Assembly: GCA_012295275.1 (NCBI GenBank)
Contig: CM022669.1
Coordinates: forward strand, 3,844,001-3,908,000
Source: Chrysomallon squamiferum
Taxonomy: Eukaryota > Animalia > Mollusca
Direction of reading: 5' to 3'
DNA length: 64,000 bases
Shown: piece by piece, positions 60,498 to 64,000 of the stretch
How the letters are laid out: each line of letters opens with the position of its first letter
Position numbering within the stretch: position 1 is the stretch's first letter
Notes under the pieces: model-generated
Databases searched by the model: none
What the model saw: the letters and a program-made list of their open reading frames with translations, nothing else
What the model was told of the DNA's origin: nothing
Position numbers and translations under genes: made by a program

Positions 60498-60707
60498 ATG
60501 GATACCTACACCTTTATGTGCACTGTAATGGCGGCTGTTTTTTGTGGAGCGGGTTCTATGGAGCCTGCAGCTAAAAAACTTCACTTTGACTTGATGAAGA
60601 AAAATAACTACAATCCTCTCATCAAGCCAGCCGGCAGTCCGACCGGCGGTCCCGTGTCTCAGCTCACAGTGAAAATTGGGATGAGACTGTCACAGATTCT
60701 GGATGTG
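60498..60707 (+). CDS. nAChR gene C exon 1 (paralog of gene B; remaining exons not found in the window)
   Basis: MDTYTFMCTVMAAVFCGAGS-MEPAAKKLHFDLMKKNNYNPLIKPAGSPTGGPVSQLTVKIGMRLSQILDV|gtatgt; 70 codons; many synonymous differences from gene B exon 1. Confidence 0.92.
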
Positions 60708-60970
60708 GTATGTTCCATCTTTTTTTTAATTATTTCTTACAGAATAACTTTTTTATAACATAACTTAGGATTTAGACTGTAGAAAGGATAATAAAATTGT
60801 AACATAATTTCGGTCTCTGCAAACTAATTGTATACTTATTCATCTACATACACCTACATACATAAATACATACATACACATACACACATAAGTATATGCA
60901 CAGATGCACTTACATACATATACATACTTACATATGTGTGTTTAGGTGTGTGTATATGTATGTATGTATG

Positions 60971-61016
<46 letters not shown>

Positions 61017-61576
61017 TACATACATACATATATACATACATACATACATACATACATACATACATACATACATACACACACACACAGATAGGCACATACA
61101 TGCATGCATGCTATATATGTGAGTGTGTAATTGTGTGCGTGCGCGCGCGCGCGAGCATGTATACAGACGGAGATAAGTATTCATGAATCGATTTTAATGA
61201 TAGGAAAACAGTATTGTTTCGCTTTTGTTTCTTTCGCTTGTAAAGGTGGTGTCCATTTATTATCATTGTCAAAACAAAGTATTCAGTGGTTTATTGAGCA
61301 GTATTCAAAATTAAACATTAACATTCTTTCTTTAGAGTACCGTTTCTATAAATGTTGTGTTTTGTTTGCTCGGGTGACTGTATAATCACATTAATCTGAT
61401 AACTAGTGCGTCAAGAAACAGACTAATCGAAAACCAATAAATGATTGTTTTCAGAATTGATTACTTAGATTTTGTTTTCAGTACATTTACTTGTTTTTTT
61501 CAATAACCGTTAAATCGTTTTTGTTAAAATTGCTTAACCTGATTATGTAAACAAGATGATTTACAAAATGGAGTTT

Positions 61577-61689
<113 letters not shown>

Positions 61690-61701
61690 ACACATAAAGA
61701 A

Positions 61702-61732
<31 letters not shown>

Positions 61733-61937
61733 GAGACATAGTTGCCAAACCTTTCTATATACACTTCTGTGTGATGGTATGTACACTTATTTAAGTAGGT
61801 GTCTATGATTGTGTGTCCATGTATGTACATGTATATATTTAGGACTGAATATTCTCTGTTTTATGTACGTCTAATTAGACCGTGCACATTGAGAATTAAA
61901 TTTATACATTTTGACCTCAGCAATATATATGTTATAA

Positions 61938-62327
61938 CTGTATGTATGTATGTATGTAAGTATATGTGTATGCATGCATGTATGTATGAATGTATGTATG
62001 TATGTATGTATGGGTGTATGTATGTATATATGTATGTGTGTATGCATGTATGTATGTCTGTATGTATATGTGTGTATGTCTGTATGTATATGTGTGTATG
62101 TATGTATGTATGTATGTATGTATGTATGTATGTATGTATGTATGTATGTATATGTATGTATGTTTTTAATGTATGCATGTATGTATGTCTGTATGTATAT
62201 GTGTGTATGTATGTATGTATGTGTGTATGTATGTATGTATGTATGTATGTATGTATGTATGTATGTATGTATGTATGTATGTATGTATGTATGTATGTAT
62301 GTATGTATGTATGTATGTATGTATATG
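61938..62327. repeat. (TATG)n microsatellite
   Basis: Visible directly. Confidence 0.95.
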
Positions 62328-62911
62328 TAAGTACGCATATTCTGAGTATACTAATTATCGCCAGAAACTAAAAACAGACAGGTACTAAATTAAGACTAAA
62401 ACGTGAGATGTCTTCCACTTCTTACACTTTGCGTACACGCCGAGTGCTCTCGTTATTAACGCCTTTTTCTTTGATCGATTTTAGTAACATTCTCTCTAGG
62501 TGTGTGACTTTTACACAGTTTTTATTAGTGAACACGTGCAGTGCTCTGTAGTAACATACCCACGTACACACATGTGTTCTCGTATGGAAATTTCAGTACA
62601 ATAATTATCTTCATTTACCAGAAAACCACCAAAAAAAACAAATGTACATTTAAACACACATAATATAACAATACTTTCTCCATTCCTCTATTTCTTTTCT
62701 TCTCTCTCTCTCTCCTTCTGTTCATCTAGCTCTCTCGCTATCCTCCCGCAAAGATACACAGAGTAATTAAGCAAACTTGTTAATATTCCTTGTGTAAAAT
62801 TTACTTTTATTTTATTTCTATGCTTTATATATATATCAAGATTTCTATATATCAGCTTTTCATATAATTCGTATGTATATATATGTGTGTGTGTGTGTGT
62901 ATAATAGATAA

Positions 62912-62946
<35 letters not shown>

Positions 62947-62990
62947 AACAGATGGATGGATAGATAGATAGACGGATGGATGGATGGATG

Positions 62991-63022
<32 letters not shown>

Positions 63023-64000
63023 CATAGATAGATAGATAGATATAGCTAGACAGACAGACAGATAGATAGATATAAACATTTCTCTATATCAGCCTTTCAT
63101 ATATTTTTTCTGTTTGTATCTGATAATACAATATTGTTCTCATTTCAAAATTTTCAAGTAAATATACTGCCATACAACAGCTAGGATGTAGCAAAAATTC
63201 AATAAAATAATATAGCACAACATTTCAGTGTAAAATTGCAATACATACATTTTCTATGCATTATAATTAGATAATTAAATTTCTATCATTTTAGTCACAG
63301 CAAAATATGTATGTGTATTAAATTTGTATGTATGAATGCATGTATGTATGAATGTATATATGTATGAGTCTATGTATGTGTGAGTGTGTGTGTATTTTTT
63401 TTTTTTTTTTTTTTTTTATTATTTTTAAAAAGGCCATGCATCTATGTATTTGGCATTTTATAAAAAAGAAGAAAAAAAATCCTGTATGTAAATAAGACAC
63501 GAGAACATTTATAAAAGCAGAGTGAGGTGATTTCTACTTTGATTTGAAATGTAGCCTGAACACAGCTTATTTCTAAATAGCGTGGTCCCTGGCTTTGCGC
63601 TTTCACCTCAGTTGAGCGGAAAAGATTTCTCCTGACAATGTTAATTTGAAAAGTCTGCTTTTCGCGAAGCCCTGTGTTGTAGATTGTAATTTCCAGGGTA
63701 TCGGAGTACAGCCAGTAGACAAAGGTTTGTAAGGCGATAAGATAATGAATAAAAGATGTCTGCATGAATATGCATGTTAATTCCTAACTTGACTCTAAGT
63801 GAAAATTACTTTTTGATCTAAGTTCCTGTTAGTTCAAGAAAGGAATCTGTATTCTGAAGCCACTTTTCAGATAAATACGTAAGTGAATATACATGGAAAC
63901 ACATATATGCACATATAGATAGAAAAACGTAATTCCATATGTCTGTATATGTGTATATGTAAGAGTGTATGTGTATGTGTGTGTGTTTGTCTGTATATAT

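Noticed and set aside
60498-60707. Third alternative first exon of gene B
   Set aside because: It lies downstream of gene B's stop codon on the same strand and is synonymously diverged with a different signal peptide, so it is better read as the start of a paralog.

Overview
AT-rich, microsatellite-dense eukaryotic DNA, most likely from an invertebrate (mollusc-like; this is an inference). It holds a cluster of nicotinic acetylcholine receptor (nAChR, Cys-loop) subunit genes. Gene A (- strand; exons 12320-12523, 4418-4462, ~1996-2114, 79-1072; M4 exon beyond the window edge) is a non-alpha subunit lacking the loop C vicinal cysteines. Gene B (+ strand, head-to-head with A) is a complete 508-aa alpha subunit (YYPCC) with two tandemly duplicated first exons (18651-18878, 22127-22354) upstream of one shared set of exons (36390-36434, 38837-38946, 39786-40758, 43019-43189). 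Exon 1 of a third paralog (gene C) is at 60498-60707. Main oddities: (i) the 3' end and splice donor of gene A exon 3 are amplified into a 102-bp tandem array, while the copy attached to the exon has lost the donor; (ii) gene B's two first exons differ only in the signal-peptide region; (iii) gene A loop C carries an N-glycosylation sequon next to the position of the lost CC. Three non-autonomous DNA transposons with TIRs and TSDs, several minisatellites and candidate regulatory motifs (CCAAT triplet, COE/EBF palindrome) are also present. Almost all other ORFs in the track are microsatellite or shadow artefacts.
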